From Octopus bimaculoides (lineage: Eukaryota): DNA of 64,000 bases. This document shows positions 11,400-23,624 of the stretch, one piece after another. Position numbers and translations under genes: made by a program. Location: positions 52,285,613 to 52,349,612 of the forward strand of contig NC_068996.1 of NCBI RefSeq assembly GCF_001194135.2, read 5' to 3'. Under the pieces are notes generated by a model. That model searched no databases. It worked only from the letters and a program-made list of their open reading frames with translations, and was not told where the DNA came from. Position 1 is the stretch's first letter; every line of letters starts with the position of its first letter.

Positions 11400-11612
11400 C
11401 CCTTAGTGAGACTGGTTTGCAAGTTCCAAGTATTTGAAGAGAGTGGAACCAGCTCTTAGCCAATATTGTTCTCCAGACTACCCCAGCCCAGAGTAGTGGC
11501 ACCTGTCAGGGTCTCCACTATGGGTTGACCAACATTCACGTTTTGAATGTTTTCCAGCCATTGCCAGAGTATATATTCTTGCTGATGAAATTCTTTATTT
11601 TTCAAATAACCA
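11400..11612 (-). pseudogene. Possible DIRS1-type RNase H relic
   Basis: Open minus frame WQWLENIQNVNVGQPIVETLTGATTLGWGSLE resembles DIRS WWL.N...G.PI...TDAS..GWG; YLELA follows after a frameshift. Confidence 0.4.
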
Positions 11613-11713
11613 TTGTCTTATTCTGTAAGAAGGGAAATCCATTAATAAAAGCAACTTTTCTGTTGCTCAGCAGTTATTGCTTTAAAGTTACAATCCTTTG
11701 CTAAGAGATTTAA

Positions 11714-11923
11714 CCCTTTAGCATTTAATCCAGTCATATCTGGCTCAAATATTCTACCTGTTTAATGTTAAAATTGACCAGGTCCAACCTCTCACACCTA
11801 TCCTACAATGTCATACTAAAAATGGACAAACACACTATTGAAATCTTGAAGCTGTAAGATTAATTCAAAACAATGTTAATAAATAAGTAATATAATTCAC
11901 AAAGAAGTCTGAATGCTAAAGGG
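11714..11923. mobile_element. piggyBac-type MITE with TTAA TSD
   Basis: TTAA|CCCTTTAGCATT ... AATGCTAAAGGG|TTAA. Confidence 0.85.
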
Positions 11924-11999
11924 TTAACGTTTGTAAATATTTGCCTAGTGGTTCATTAAACTCTTGTTGAAAAGTAACCAAAATATGCTGCACATATAC

Positions 12000-12133
12000 C
12001 TCATTTTTAGGTTTGATGTATATAGCTTGCTGAACATTTATAACTGCATCATACACACAACACTTATACAAGATATTACATGATTCAATAATTTTAGGAA
12101 TTTGCAAAGTCATAGATTTTACACATTCAGAAC
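12000..12133 (-). CDS. Candidate internal coding exon of an unidentified gene (G|SECVKSMTLQIPKIIESCNILYKCCVYDAVINVQQAIYIKPKNE)
   Basis: Acceptor gagtttccacag, donor GAG|gtatat, 134 nt, only one open frame (phase 1 to 0), non-repetitive sequence. Confidence 0.5.
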
Positions 12134-12518
12134 CTGTGGAAACTCCATAAATGATAAGATACACATACTTCCACAAATTGCAAGTGTGCATCATGCATTG
12201 TATACATTATAACATATAAATATATTTACATATAAATTTACATAAATACACTTATTTAAATATAATTAGATATATGGGTTCACATATGTTCTCATATAAT
12301 CTGTGTTATTTGCAAAATATTTAAGCTAAATGAAGGGAAATAAAAATAAGTCATTGAATGAGTTGCCTCCCCTAACCAGTGAACTTTTTAAATCTCGTAT
12401 ACTCTTGTATAACCTCATGGAATCTCATCCAAAATGGACATGATTACCAGTCAAGAATTGAAATGCTTGAACAAATGAAATTTTTTACACATGAAACCAT
12501 TGTTAATTCACAAATAAA

Positions 12519-12572
<54 letters not shown>

Positions 12573-12614
12573 GCACACACACACATACATATCCTGCATT
12601 AGTTTCCCCCTTAC

Positions 12615-13410
12615 CATCAGGTGAGGAAACTTTCAGCAATGCCTTATCATATAACAATGACACTAAGCGAAAGAGCAAAAGACACCAGAAGATCTCATAG
12701 AACTGAAACTAGAAAGGTCCCGTTGTTTAACTCAACATTTAATATGAATGTTAGGACTAATGAAGGTAGAGAATTTTGAAATTTAGTATCTAAGCAATAT
12801 TCCCTGGGATCATATTATAGAACTTTTAACAGAAACTCTGAAGGTTAGCTATTCTTGTTGAGAAAACATCACTGTGTAAGTTAACCATGTTAGTAAGTTA
12901 AAGTTAACAAAGTTAGTAAGCTCAATAAACCTAATGAATATGATAATGAGCCTAAATGTAATTACAAATATCCTAGTGGTTGCCCTTTAAATGGTAATTA
13001 CCTGATTAAAGGAGTTGAATATAGGTCTAAGATAATGATTGATAATATCCATATATACAATACATAATCTGAGATTATGGAAAGCAGCTTAAAAATGAGA
13101 CTTCATTTACACAAGAATTCTTTCATACACCTACAAAACAAGTCATCAACAAGTTTATCAAAGCACATAAGGCAATTAAAAGAAACTGGTTCTACCCACT
13201 TTAAGGTACAATAGTTTATCTTAGAAAAAAAACTAACATATAAAGACATGTATCAAACCAGAATTCTGTGAGACATCTATTGTGCATGAATTAAAAGTGC
13301 TTTATCGTGTCCCAAGATAATCTGCATCAAACTGAAAATCAGATCGTTTGAGTAGTTGTAAACACTCTTCAAAATTCTTGATTTCTAGACTATTACCACC
13401 AAATGGCTAG
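12615..13410 (+). pseudogene. Penelope-like element relic (family 2): linker and GIY-YIG endonuclease
   Basis: Frame-broken motifs resembling SSNEEIF.NA, FN..F..NV.TN.G.EF, TLKVSYSC, C...SGCPLNGNYLIKGV.Y and SSTSLSKHI. Confidence 0.7.
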
Positions 13411-13656
13411 GTGTATAGCATATATAAGCTATGCCAATTATTATTGCTCTATTTTATTTATTCATTAGTTTAACGTAACTCAGTATTTGTTGGATATTTT
13501 TCCTTTACTTCTCCTTTACTTTCATAAATTTAGCTATCTTTTACTTGTTTTAGTCATCTGACTGTGGCCATGCTGGAGCACTACCTTGAAGGATTTTATA
13601 AATAAATCAGCCCCAGTACTTATTCTATTGGTCTCTTTAGCGAAATTGCTAAGGTA

Positions 13657-13985
13657 CATCATTATCATCATTGTTTAACATCTGCCTGCCATGCTGGTAT
13701 GGGTTGGACAGTTTGACAGGAGCTGGCCAGGCAGAAGACTGCACCAGACTTCTGTCTGTTTTGGCACAGTTTTTACTGCTGGATGCCCTTCCTAACCCCA
13801 ACCCCCCTGCAGAGTGGGTTGAGTGCTTTTTATCTGGTACAAAAACAAGAGAGGTCAGTTTTGGCATAGTTTTTACAGCTGGCTGTCCTTCCAAATGCCA
13901 GCCACTTTACAGTGTGGACTCAATGCTTTTCATGTGGCACCAGCACTGGTAGGGTCACCAAGTAACTTGCAAGACAAAGAACCTA
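13657..13985 (-). mobile_element. RTE-type 3' tail
   Basis: catcattgtttaacatctgcctgccatgc...ctggatgcccttcctaac. Confidence 0.8.
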
Positions 13986-14099
13986 TGAAAGGGGAGGGGG
14001 TGTTGGAGGAGGTGATCTTGTGTCAGGTGATGAAAGGTTAGAGTGTGACAGAGAAACAGAAACAAGTGTCTTGCTGTAGAAGAGATACATGGTTACCTG

Positions 14100-14154
<55 letters not shown>

Positions 14155-14689
14155 TGGGGTGAATTATCAAGAATGAGGACAGAACAGGTGTACTGCTATA
14201 AAGAAGATACATGATTACCCAGCCAGAGGGAAAGTGAAAGAAAGAGAGAGCAGGAAAGAGATGGTGGTGAAGTGCTAGCGCATACTCACAAAGAATAGGG
14301 ATCAGAACATAGATTTGATGGTGGAGTAAAAGAAGAGAGAGAGAGAGAGAGATGGTGGCAAGTGCCAGGGCATATCCTCAAGGTACAGAGGTCATAATAT
14401 AAGTGGCAGAGTATTACCAAAAAAGGCATGATTGGGGGTGGGGAAGGCAGTGACTGGTGAGAACCTGAATATATAGAGGGGGAGGGAATAGCAATGATAC
14501 AGTGATGATAGGATTGAGGAGTGGGAGATAATCATAGTGTATGAAAGAGGAAATGTGAGGAAGAGAATAGATGCAGTTTTAGAGAAGAGATGTAGTTTGG
14601 TTTGTTGGGGTAGGGTGTGTGAACATTTTATGGTTATGAATTTGGAATTTAAAATTTGAATCGAAATCGAACCGAATCCGACGACTGGC

Positions 14690-15232
14690 ACCCATGCCAA
14701 AATCTCCTTCATTGGAGACTAAACTCTGCTTGCGAAGACCTGTTCGAGCAAGTGAAATCGTAATTAAACCATACTTAATGACTGGCACCTGCGCCAGTGG
14801 AGCACTAACAGCACTGTTGAGCGTGTTCATTGCCAGAACAGCTGTCTGGCTTCCATGCTAGTGGCACGTAAATAGCACCATTTGAGCGTAATCGTTACTA
14901 GCGTTGCCTTCTAGCACTTGTGCTGGTGGCACGTTAGAAAATAATTCGAGCAAGGTCGTTGTCAGTGCCGCTGGACTGGCTCCTGTGCAGGTGGCACATA
15001 AAAAACACCTTTTGAGTGTGGCCGTTGCCAGTACCGTGTGACTGGCCCTCGTGCCGGTGGCACATAAAAGCACCCACTACACTCTTGGAATGGTTGGCGT
15101 TAGGAAGGGCATCCAGCTGTAGAAACTCTGCCAGATCAGATTAGAGCCTGGTGCAGCCTTCTGGCTTGCCAGTCCTCAGTCAAATTGTCCAACCCATGCT
15201 AGCATGGAAAGTGGACGTTAAACGATGTTGAT
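14690..15232 (+). mobile_element. RTE 3' UTR
   Basis: Homologous to 10270-10810; ends gtggacgttaaacgatg. Confidence 0.85.
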
Positions 15233-15496
15233 ATAATATAAATAATATATATATATGCATATATACATACATACATATATATGTATATACACATGCATAT
15301 ATGGATACAGGATGTCAAAAAAATGTAAACAACATAAAAAAACAAGAACATGAAATACAAAAACATGGAAAACGAACTTTTTTTGCGAACAACGAAAGAA
15401 ACAAAATAGAAAAACGATACAGGCAACATGAAGAACAAGCCCTTCATTAGTTCTCCACTGTTTTATCTGCTCTGCATACCCATGTATGTATGTATG

Positions 15497-16189
15497 TCCT
15501 GGGATGAGGTGGTGAAGGACGACCTTCGAACATTAGGCCTCACAGAGGCAATGACTAGTGACCGAGACCTTTGGAAATATGCTGTGCATGAGAAGACTTA
15601 GCAAGACAAGTGAGACCATAACACATGGGGTGTAACCAGCCCACTTACGTGTACCTTTCCTTCATTGGACACTAAACTCTGCTTGTGAAGACCTGTTGAG
15701 GGAAGTGAAATCGAAATCAAATCAAATTCGCAAATTCAATGACTGGCACAAGTGCCAGTGGAGCACTAAGAGGACCATCTAAGCGTGATCGCTGCCAGAG
15801 CAGCCGACTGGCTTCCGTGCTGGTGGGATGTAAAAAGAACCATTCAAATGTGTACGTTACAAGCATTGCCTTACTGGCACATGTGCCGGTGACACATGGA
15901 AAAACATTCGTGCGAGGTTGTTGCCAGTGCCACTGGACTGGCTCCCGTGCAGGTGGCTCATAAAAAACACCACTTGAGTGTAGCCGTTGCCAGTACCACC
16001 TGGCTGACCATCGTACTGGTGGCACGTAAAAGCTCCAGAGTGGTTGGTGTTAGGAAGGGCATCCAGTTGTAGAAACTATGCCAGATCAGATTGGAGCTTG
16101 GTGCAGCCATCTTGTTTGACAGTCCTCAGTCAAATTGTCCAACCCATGCTAGCATGGAAAGCAGACATTAAACGATGATGATGATGATG

Positions 16190-16190
<1 letters not shown>
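15497..16190 (+). mobile_element. RTE 3' end (ORF C-terminus and 3' UTR)
   Basis: WDEVVK.DLRTLGLTE coding remnant, UTR and (GAT)n tail. Confidence 0.9.
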
Positions 16191-16223
<33 letters not shown>

Positions 16224-16232
16224 GTGTGTGTG

Positions 16233-16298
<66 letters not shown>

Positions 16299-16398
16299 AT
16301 ATACACACATNNNNNNNNNNNNNNNNNNNNNNNNNNNNNNNNNNNNNNNNNNNNNNNNNNNNNNNNNNNNNNNNNNNNNNNNNNNNNNNNNNNNNNNN

Positions 16399-16430
<32 letters not shown>

Positions 16431-16443
16431 TACACACATATAT

Positions 16444-16474
<31 letters not shown>

Positions 16475-16480
16475 TACACA
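16190..16480. repeat. Compound (TA)n/(TG)n microsatellite; representative of many (also about 12520, 18060, 28920, 35630, 40380, 43680, 45520)
   Basis: Directly visible dinucleotide runs, often bordering assembly gaps. Confidence 0.95.
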
Positions 16481-16489
16481 TGTATATAT

Positions 16490-18060
16490 ACAATATCAGA
16501 GTTGGCACTGTATATGTAGGCACATTGAAATGTAGGTCTAGTGAGATTGTAGAGATGCTTGAACAAGAGACGATGTATGTTGCATACAAGAGGTAAGGTA
16601 GAGAGGAGCTTCGGCCAGAGTCCTCACAAGCAAAGTACATACGTATATAGGTAATAGTGATGGAATAGTGGGTGTAGGCATACTTCTTGCAGAAAAATGG
16701 GTGGATAAAGTCATAGTGGTAGTGAGGGTGTGTGATAGAGCACTTTAACTCAGGCTAGTCTTGCAGAATGGTACAGCTACAATTATCTCTGCTTACGCCA
16801 CACAAGTGGGCCTACCAAATGAACAAAAGGGGAAATAAACTAGAAGTAGTTAATAGCTTCTGCTACCTAGGCAACCAAGTCTGTAGTGGGGGTGGTTGCT
16901 CTAAGAGTGCAACGGCTAGAATAACAATAGCCTGGGCAAAGTTCAGGGAGCTCCTACCTCTGCTGGCAACTAAGGACCTCTTGCTCAGGATGAAAGGTAG
17001 ATTGTATGATGCATGTGTGTGAACTGCCATGCTACATGGCAGTGAAACATGGGCCATGACTGTTGAGGACATGCGTAGGCTTGAAAGAAATGAAGTTAGT
17101 ATGATCCGCTGGATGTGTAATGTCAGTGTGCATGCACGACAGAGTGTAGGTACCCTGAGAGAAAAGTTGGACATAAGCAGCATCAGGTGTGGTGTGCAAG
17201 AGAGATGACTGCGCTGGTATGGGTGTGTGTTATGCATAGATGAGGACAGCTGTGTGAGGAAGTGCCACTCCCTAACTGTGGAAGTAACCTGTGAAAGAGG
17301 CAAACCCAGGAAGACATGGGATGAGATAGTAAAGCATAACCTTCGAACATTGGGCCTCACAGAGACAATGACAGGAGAGCAAGACCTTTGGAGATATGCT
17401 GTGATTGAGAAGACCTGGCAACTCATGTGACATCGCAGCCACACATGTCCAGCCCAGGTAAGAGTAACCCTGATGTCAGGCGATATGATATGCTTGAGGA
17501 AACCTGTTGAATCAAGTAGAACCAATATCATAGCTGTAGCCAGTACCCCCTGAATGGTTCCCATGCCGGTGGCATGTAAAAAGCACGATCCGAATGTGGT
17601 CAATGCAGGTCTGCCTGACTGACTCCCATGCAGGTAACACGTGAAAAGCACCCTCTGAATGTGGCCAATGCCAGTAGCCCCTGAGTGGCTCTCATGCCTG
17701 TGACATGTAAAAAGCACCATCAGAACATGGCCAATGCCAGTAGCCCCTGAGTGGCTCTCATGCCTGTGGCATGTAAAAAGCACCATCACAACATGGCCAA
17801 TGCCAGTAGCCCCTGACTGGCACCTAAAAAGCACTATCTGAATGTGATCATTGCCAAGCCCGCTTGAGTGGCTCCTGTGCTGGTGGCACGTAAAAAGCAT
17901 TCATTTGACTCTTGGAGTAGTTGGCATTAAGAAGGGCATCTTGTTGTAGAAACATTGCCAGATCAGATTGGATCTTGGCGCAGCCGCTGACTCTTCAGAA
18001 CTCAGTCAAACTGTCCAACCCATGCCAGCATGGAAAACGGATATTAAACAATAATGATGT
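16490..18060 (+). mobile_element. Internally deleted RTE: endonuclease N-terminus joined to ORF C-terminus, plus 3' UTR
   Basis: IRVGTVYVGTLKCRSSEIVEM...SAYA.QVGLPNEQK joined at about 16838 to GNKLEVVNSFCYLG; the RT core is absent. Confidence 0.85.
17540..17900 (+). repeat. About 66-bp minisatellite expansion in the RTE 3' UTR
   Basis: Repeats of tggccaatgccagtagcccctgagtggctctcatgcctgt.catgtaaaaagcacc. Confidence 0.8.
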
Positions 18061-18120
18061 ATGTATACAATATATATACATATATATACACACACACATA
18101 TACACATGTGTATATACACA

Positions 18121-18170
<50 letters not shown>

Positions 18171-18549
18171 TAATATAAAAAAGCAGAGAAAAAAGGCAAC
18201 AAGAAAAAAACATGAGGATGCGGTACATGCAAAGTATTAGCAGATGCTCAGGGAANNNNNNNNNNNNNNNNNNNNNNNNNNNNNNNNNNNNNNNNNNNNN
18301 NNNNNNNNNNNNNNNNNNNNNNNNNNNNNNNNNNNNNNNNNNNNNNNNNNNNNNNNNNNNNNNNNNNNNNNNNNNNNNNNNNNNNNNNNNNNNNNNNNNN
18401 NNNNNNNNNNNNNNNNNNNNNNNNNNNNNNNNNNNNNNNNNNNNNNNNNNNNNNNNNNNNNNNNNNNNNNNNNNTATATATATATATATTTATATATAGT
18501 CAATTCAAATAAACAAACAATTCCAATAAACAAATAAAAAATGAAAGAC

Positions 18550-18715
18550 TAGAAAAACAGACATGAGAATATGCACAAAAAGTGTATCAGCTTTTGATGC
18601 TCATTGAAAGGAGAGAGTTTAATGATTCGAGCATAGCTTTTCATTGGAAAGGAGAAAGGGAAATGTCCAAAGAAGGAGAAGAAATCACCAATGGCCCACA
18701 TGTAGTTACATTGCT
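18550..18715 (-). mobile_element. Penelope pseudo-LTR fragment (family H1) with decayed hammerhead
   Basis: Minus strand reads aatgtaactacatgtgg...ccaatgaaaagctatgctcgaatcattaaa, homologous to 4180-4300. Confidence 0.5.
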
Positions 18716-18984
18716 GAAGTAGAAGCTGTAAGTGTAGATGTAGGTGATGGTGAGGAGGAGGAAAAAAAGGAAGGAGAGTGGAAAGAGAACTGAAGAAGAG
18801 TGAAGTGAAGAGAAAAGAAGTGGAAGAGTCACGGAAATGGCACAAGATAATTTCCTCCAAATGGTTGAATTGCTAAGTACAAGAAGCATAGAAAACAATT
18901 TGCGCTTTATTTCAGATGCAGTCAAAGGACACAATTCTATCGAAACACTACTGGAAACTCCCTTCCAAGTTCTCCATATTAGGT

Positions 18985-19192
18985 CCAAACTTTAAAGCAG
19001 CTACTCTAAGGGCTGGCACAATGAGAGATAGGTTAGGTGAGCTTGCAGAAATGCTAAGGTATAGACAAGTGTGCAAGATTCATGACAGAGTGGTACCACA
19101 GACAAGCTCCTTGCAGGCAAGAAATAGGTGTGTAAATTCTTCTGTCCAGGTAAGTGTGATGGCATGGGTGAAATTGGTATTCTATTAGCACC

Positions 19193-19245
<53 letters not shown>

Positions 19246-20080
19246 ATCTTTTAACATCCATTTTCCATCAGGACATGTGACAAAATTATTAAACTTAAGC
19301 TAGTTGTAGGCAAAACAAAGTGGCAGTTATCTCCACTTACACACCACATTCATGACTGGTGAATGACCAGAAGGACTGTTTTGTTGAGTTTATCTAGCAG
19401 ATGATAACTTCATTACAGCTGATCATTTTAATGGACATACAGGACAATAACCATAATGGCTTTTTTAGTGTCCATAGTGGTTATGGATTTGGATAAGATA
19501 TGAGGAAGGATCAAGGTTCCAAGAGTTCTGCGATGTAAATGACCTCACAATATGCAATATGGACTTCAGGAAACCACTCAGCCACTTGATTATTTACCAA
19601 TAAGGTGAACACAAGAACCAGATAGATTTTATTCTCACCAGAAAGCAGAACAAGCAGATGACTGTAAACACTAAATCCTTCCCAGATGAAGAATGCATCT
19701 TCCAACATAGTCTAGTAGTTGGTGATTTCAAAATAATGGCTGGTCTACTTTAGCAACAAGATAATTGGGAAGAGGAGGAAGAGCTGGAAGTGGAAAGATT
19801 CAAATTCCTCTGTTAGTCATATATTCAGAGAGGTATTAACCAATGCTTAGATGGTAGAGATAAAGACTCACAGAGTAAAACTGGCAGTTTTTAAAGAACA
19901 ATCTGCTAAAGACTACAGGCTAGACTTGTGAGAAGATTGTGCTGGTTTGGTCATGTGATGTGGATAGATGCTGACAGCTCCACAAAGAAATACTGTCCAA
20001 TCGAAGTGGATGGAACTTGTGGAAGAGGGAGACCCAGGAAGACATGGGACAAAGTAAATGAAGTGCAAGTCTCCAGCCAA
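18985..20080 (+). mobile_element. Degenerate RTE: endonuclease region fused to the C-terminus
   Basis: FKAATLRAGTMRDRLGELAEML, QIDFIL.R and FPDEECIFQH motifs; at about 19920 it jumps to LCWFGHV...GRGRPRKTW. Confidence 0.75.
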
Positions 20081-20499
20081 ACATAGGGAATGGAAGGAGC
20101 AATACTGCAGACAGTGCTATAACAGTAAAGAGACAAGCAAGGAAAGACAAAGAGAGGGTGCAATAGAGAAAATTACCAAATTGCTGATAAAGAAACTAAC
20201 CATTAGATACACATTGAAAGGGGAAAGGCAGAAAAGAAGTTTGCACATTTTTTGCAGAATGAGGGTCAGAGCTGTGAAGTGTTCAGCATTGCTAAAATTT
20301 TGTTGGGGAGAAGTGTGTAAAGAATAATAATGGCACAGATGATCTTACTGATGAAAGGCATGGAAATGCTATGAAAGGCCACTGAATGTGATAAATAGAG
20401 AGAGAGAGATGAACAGACAAACAGAGCCTACTGCATCTAAACCCTCCCATTACATAGAAGGACTGGTTATCCAAGTTTGCCAGCAGTATGGTAGATAGA

Positions 20500-21915
20500 G
20501 CAATGAAGGGTATGAAGATAGGGAAAGCAGTTGAGTCATCAAAGATAGTTGCTGAAATGCTCAAAATATCTAGCAAAGTAGGTGACAAGATACTCACTCA
20601 AAAATACAAAAGAAACATTACACCCAATGACTAGCATTGCAGTGGGGGCAGAAGAGAGGCACCAGAGAGAAATAGCTACAAAAGCATCAAACTGTTAAAC
20701 CAGTTACAGAAACAGTTATTGGAAAACTTATTAAGGAACAGGATTATTCTAGAAAAATGCAGTTCAACTTCATCCAAGGAAGAGGCACCAGTGATGTGAT
20801 ATTCCTTGTAAAAAGCTATATGGACAAATACACAAGGAATATGCAGCTAAACCTAGTATTTAATGATCTAGAAAAGGTCTTTGAAAGAATCCCTCACATC
20901 ATGATTTGGTGGTCACAAAAAAATTAAGAATAGATGAATGGTTTGTTAAGGGTCATACAAGCTATGAGTGAAGGAGCAGTCAGTAAGGTGAGAATCAGCA
21001 ACAAGTTCAGGGAAGAATTTAGTGTGCAGATAGGGAAGATCAGGGATCAGTTCTCAGCTCCAGCCTCTATTTGTTATAATCTTCTGAGCCATAACAGTTC
21101 CTTAGGGAACTGTGTACTAATAACTTAGCTCTTGTAGTAGAATCAATAGAACTGAAACTGAAATTCCAGACAGGAAAGCAAAATCTAAAATTGAAACACC
21201 TTAACGTAAACTTAACAAAAACAAAAGTTTTAGTAAGTAGAAAGAAGGATGGAACTGTTACAGGGTCAAGGAAACAACTATTCTCCACTAGCAGAAAAGA
21301 TGGTAGAAATTCACAAATTGTGCCCATTGTAAGCAATGGACTCACAAAAGGTGGAGTGGGGTTAAAGGTAAGTTAATAGAGAAGGCAGACTTCAGATGCA
21401 CCTGTTGCATCAAGATACTAAGTAAGCACTTAGAGTGAACAGGAAATAGATTCTATCAAATGCCCAGATGGCTCCCTAGAAATGTTTGATAGATTTTTGC
21501 TACCCAGATGAACAAATTAACAGTGGGGGGTGGATGTTCTGAAAGTTTGGTAGTTAGAACAAGAATGGGCTGGAGAAGGTTCAGGATACTGACAACAAAG
21601 ATCTTACAGTTCTATATTTAAGATTCCTAGTTCAATTCCAAGCAGTAATAATAATAAATAATAATAACATCGAAAAATACCTTAGGAATGAGAACATAGG
21701 TTCGAAATTTCCCCAAGATACCTGATGAAGGCTGGAGGGTATAATCAGCTGAAACCTTGTGTTAACAACAAACAAGATGAGGACAAATATCCGTCAAATG
21801 TAAATAATGAACAAAGATCTTATCCTTTAAGGTCAAAGGCAGATTGTACAATGCTGGCATGCAAGATGTGCTGCTGCATAGCAGCAAGACATGGGCCTCA
21901 ACGGCAGAAGAAATG
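20500..21915 (+). mobile_element. Degenerate RTE RT region (interrupted at 21620-21812)
   Basis: EMLKISS, DLEKVFERIP and NVNLTKTK remnants. Confidence 0.75.
21620..21812 (+). mobile_element. Solo Penelope pseudo-LTR (family H2) with hammerhead
   Basis: Homologous to 32330-32600; hammerhead motif at 21717-21763 (GATAC CTGATGA AGGCTG...CAGCT GAAA CCTT GTGTT). Confidence 0.75.
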
Positions 21916-21919
21916 TGAA

Positions 21920-22016
21920 GATGTTATTATTATTATTATTATTATTGTTCAGATTACTGCTTGGAATCGAACTCAGAATGTTGGGGTTAGTAGCCCACGC
22001 TCTTAACCACTACGTC
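21920..22016 (-). mobile_element. Pseudo-LTR (family H2) tRNA-like head and (AAT)n, inverted
   Basis: Reverse complement of gtagtggttaagagcgtgggctactaaccccaac...gagttcgattccaagca. Confidence 0.75.
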
Positions 22017-22047
22017 ATTATATATATANNNNNNNNNNNNNNNNNNN

Positions 22048-22089
<42 letters not shown>

Positions 22090-22129
22090 CACACATTTAT
22101 GTATGTATATTTGTGTGTGTGTATATATA

Positions 22130-22520
22130 TAAAGGAGAATTTATCATCAAACCAAGACTACACTTGAAAAAAAAAGTTATGCTCAGTGTTTGGTGGGATA
22201 TGAAGAGTGTTGTAATTATTTGGAAGCATTGCAAAAAAAATTTGCAGGAAAAGGGTTTATCATTGGTCTGTTGTAAATGGTTGTTACTCTTCCACATATT
22301 GCCCAAGCCATGCAGGAAAAGAGTATAGCATTAAATGTGGAGTTTTTGCATCCTCCTCCTTATTCTCCTGATTAACAGTTCCATCTGACTATCATCTTTT
22401 CAGATCATTATTTAGAAAAATAAAAATTTATTATTGTTTCTTTTCTTCAACACCTTTAGAATTTTACACCCAAGAGATCAACAACTGCCAAATAGATGGA
22501 ACTATGTTATCAATAATGAG
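22130..22520 (+). pseudogene. mariner transposase fragment
   Basis: KKVMLSVWWD, HPPPYSPD and SDYHLFRSL motifs with frameshifts. Confidence 0.85.
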
Positions 22521-22794
22521 GTTAAGTATTATCTTGAATCATTATCAGAATCCATTAAGACCATTTGTTTCTTTCCCAGCCTAAAATGCAACAGGACTTT
22601 CTTTCCAACATAACACAGGCACATTAGTGTATATTTCTTTTCTCTCCTCCCCCAATTCTAGAAATATATTCTTATAAATATCTTCATTCATGTAAGTTAA
22701 AAACAACCTCTTTCTTTCTTCTTTTTTTTTCTCCCTTTTTATATGCTTGGATACTATCTTTTTTGTCCACTCCACTTTCTTTATGATGATAATA

Positions 22795-23222
22795 ATGCGT
22801 TCCAGCGGCACATAAAAAGCACCTTTTGAGCATGGGGCCTCATGGAGACAATGTGGCCCAAACTGGTGTTGTGGAACTAGCAACAGTGCCCGTGGCATGT
22901 AAAAAGCACCTTTTGAGTGCTGGGCCTCATGAAGGCAATGTCAAATGACTGAGACCTTTGACAATATGCTGTGCTTGGGAAGGAAGATCCATCAAGCTGA
23001 GTGAAATTGTAGTCATGGCAGATACCGGTGTCACTCAACTGGCACCCATGCTGGTGGACGTAGAAGTGGTTGGCATTAGGAAAGGCATCCAGCCATAGAA
23101 ACCATGCCAAATAAGACTGGGGTCTGGCTCAGCCACTCAGCTTACCAGGCCTGGTCAAACGGTCCAACCCGTGCCAGCATGGACAACAGGCATTCAATGA
23201 TGATGATGATGATGATGATGAT
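22795..23222 (+). mobile_element. RTE-type 3' end
   Basis: gacctttgacaatatgctgtg ... ccaacccgtgccagcatgga, then (GAT)n. Confidence 0.8.
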
Positions 23223-23474
23223 AAGAACCCAATTCTCATTTTCTCCTCTCATAAATATTTTGTCACATTCATTCATCAAGTAAGTTCTCTATATGACTTG
23301 AACTTTATATATTATGATGTGTAGAATTGTTTTCCTAATGTTTCTGGTTCATTCACTTAAAAATCCTTGGCTGTCTGCCACACAACTACGATGCGCCAAG
23401 CCCATCCAACACACAACTAGTACTTCAAACTTTCATTCTCTATAATTGTCAGTGTTCTCTCATGGGGCATGTAC

Positions 23475-23624
23475 CTGATACAGCAACCCCTCTCTGTCTC
23501 ATATGAAGATTCTGCACAGAGCCTAACCAACAAAGGCAATAAAATTGTAGCAAACACTCAAACAACAATGAAAATAATATCATTGTGTTTGTTGATAGCA
23601 GTTGTAAACATCACTGATGATATC
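23475..23624 (-). CDS. Candidate exon with ATG at 23583 encoding a hydrophobic leader (MILFSLLFECLLQFYCLCWLGSVQNLHMRQRGVAVS-G)
   Basis: Pyrimidine-rich acceptor tcattctcttcatggtacacag, donor CAG|gtacat; ends in phase 1, compatible with exon 12133-12000. Confidence 0.4.

Noticed and set aside
12615-12708. Phase-compatible minus-strand exon FQFYEIFWCLLLFRLVSLLYDKALLKVSSPDG with a strong GTAAGG donor
   Set aside because: It is the antisense of the Penelope ORF relic on the plus strand; TE origin explains it, though exonisation cannot be excluded.
16130-16596. ORFs rich in YIYI, HTHT or CVCV (many across the window)
   Set aside because: Translations of (TA)n/(CA)n microsatellites.
23475-23624. 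In-frame TGA in a second frame (selenoprotein idea) and resemblance of RQRGVAVSG to transthyretin-like proteins
   Set aside because: That frame does not join the next exon, no SECIS is seen, and the motif match is too short.
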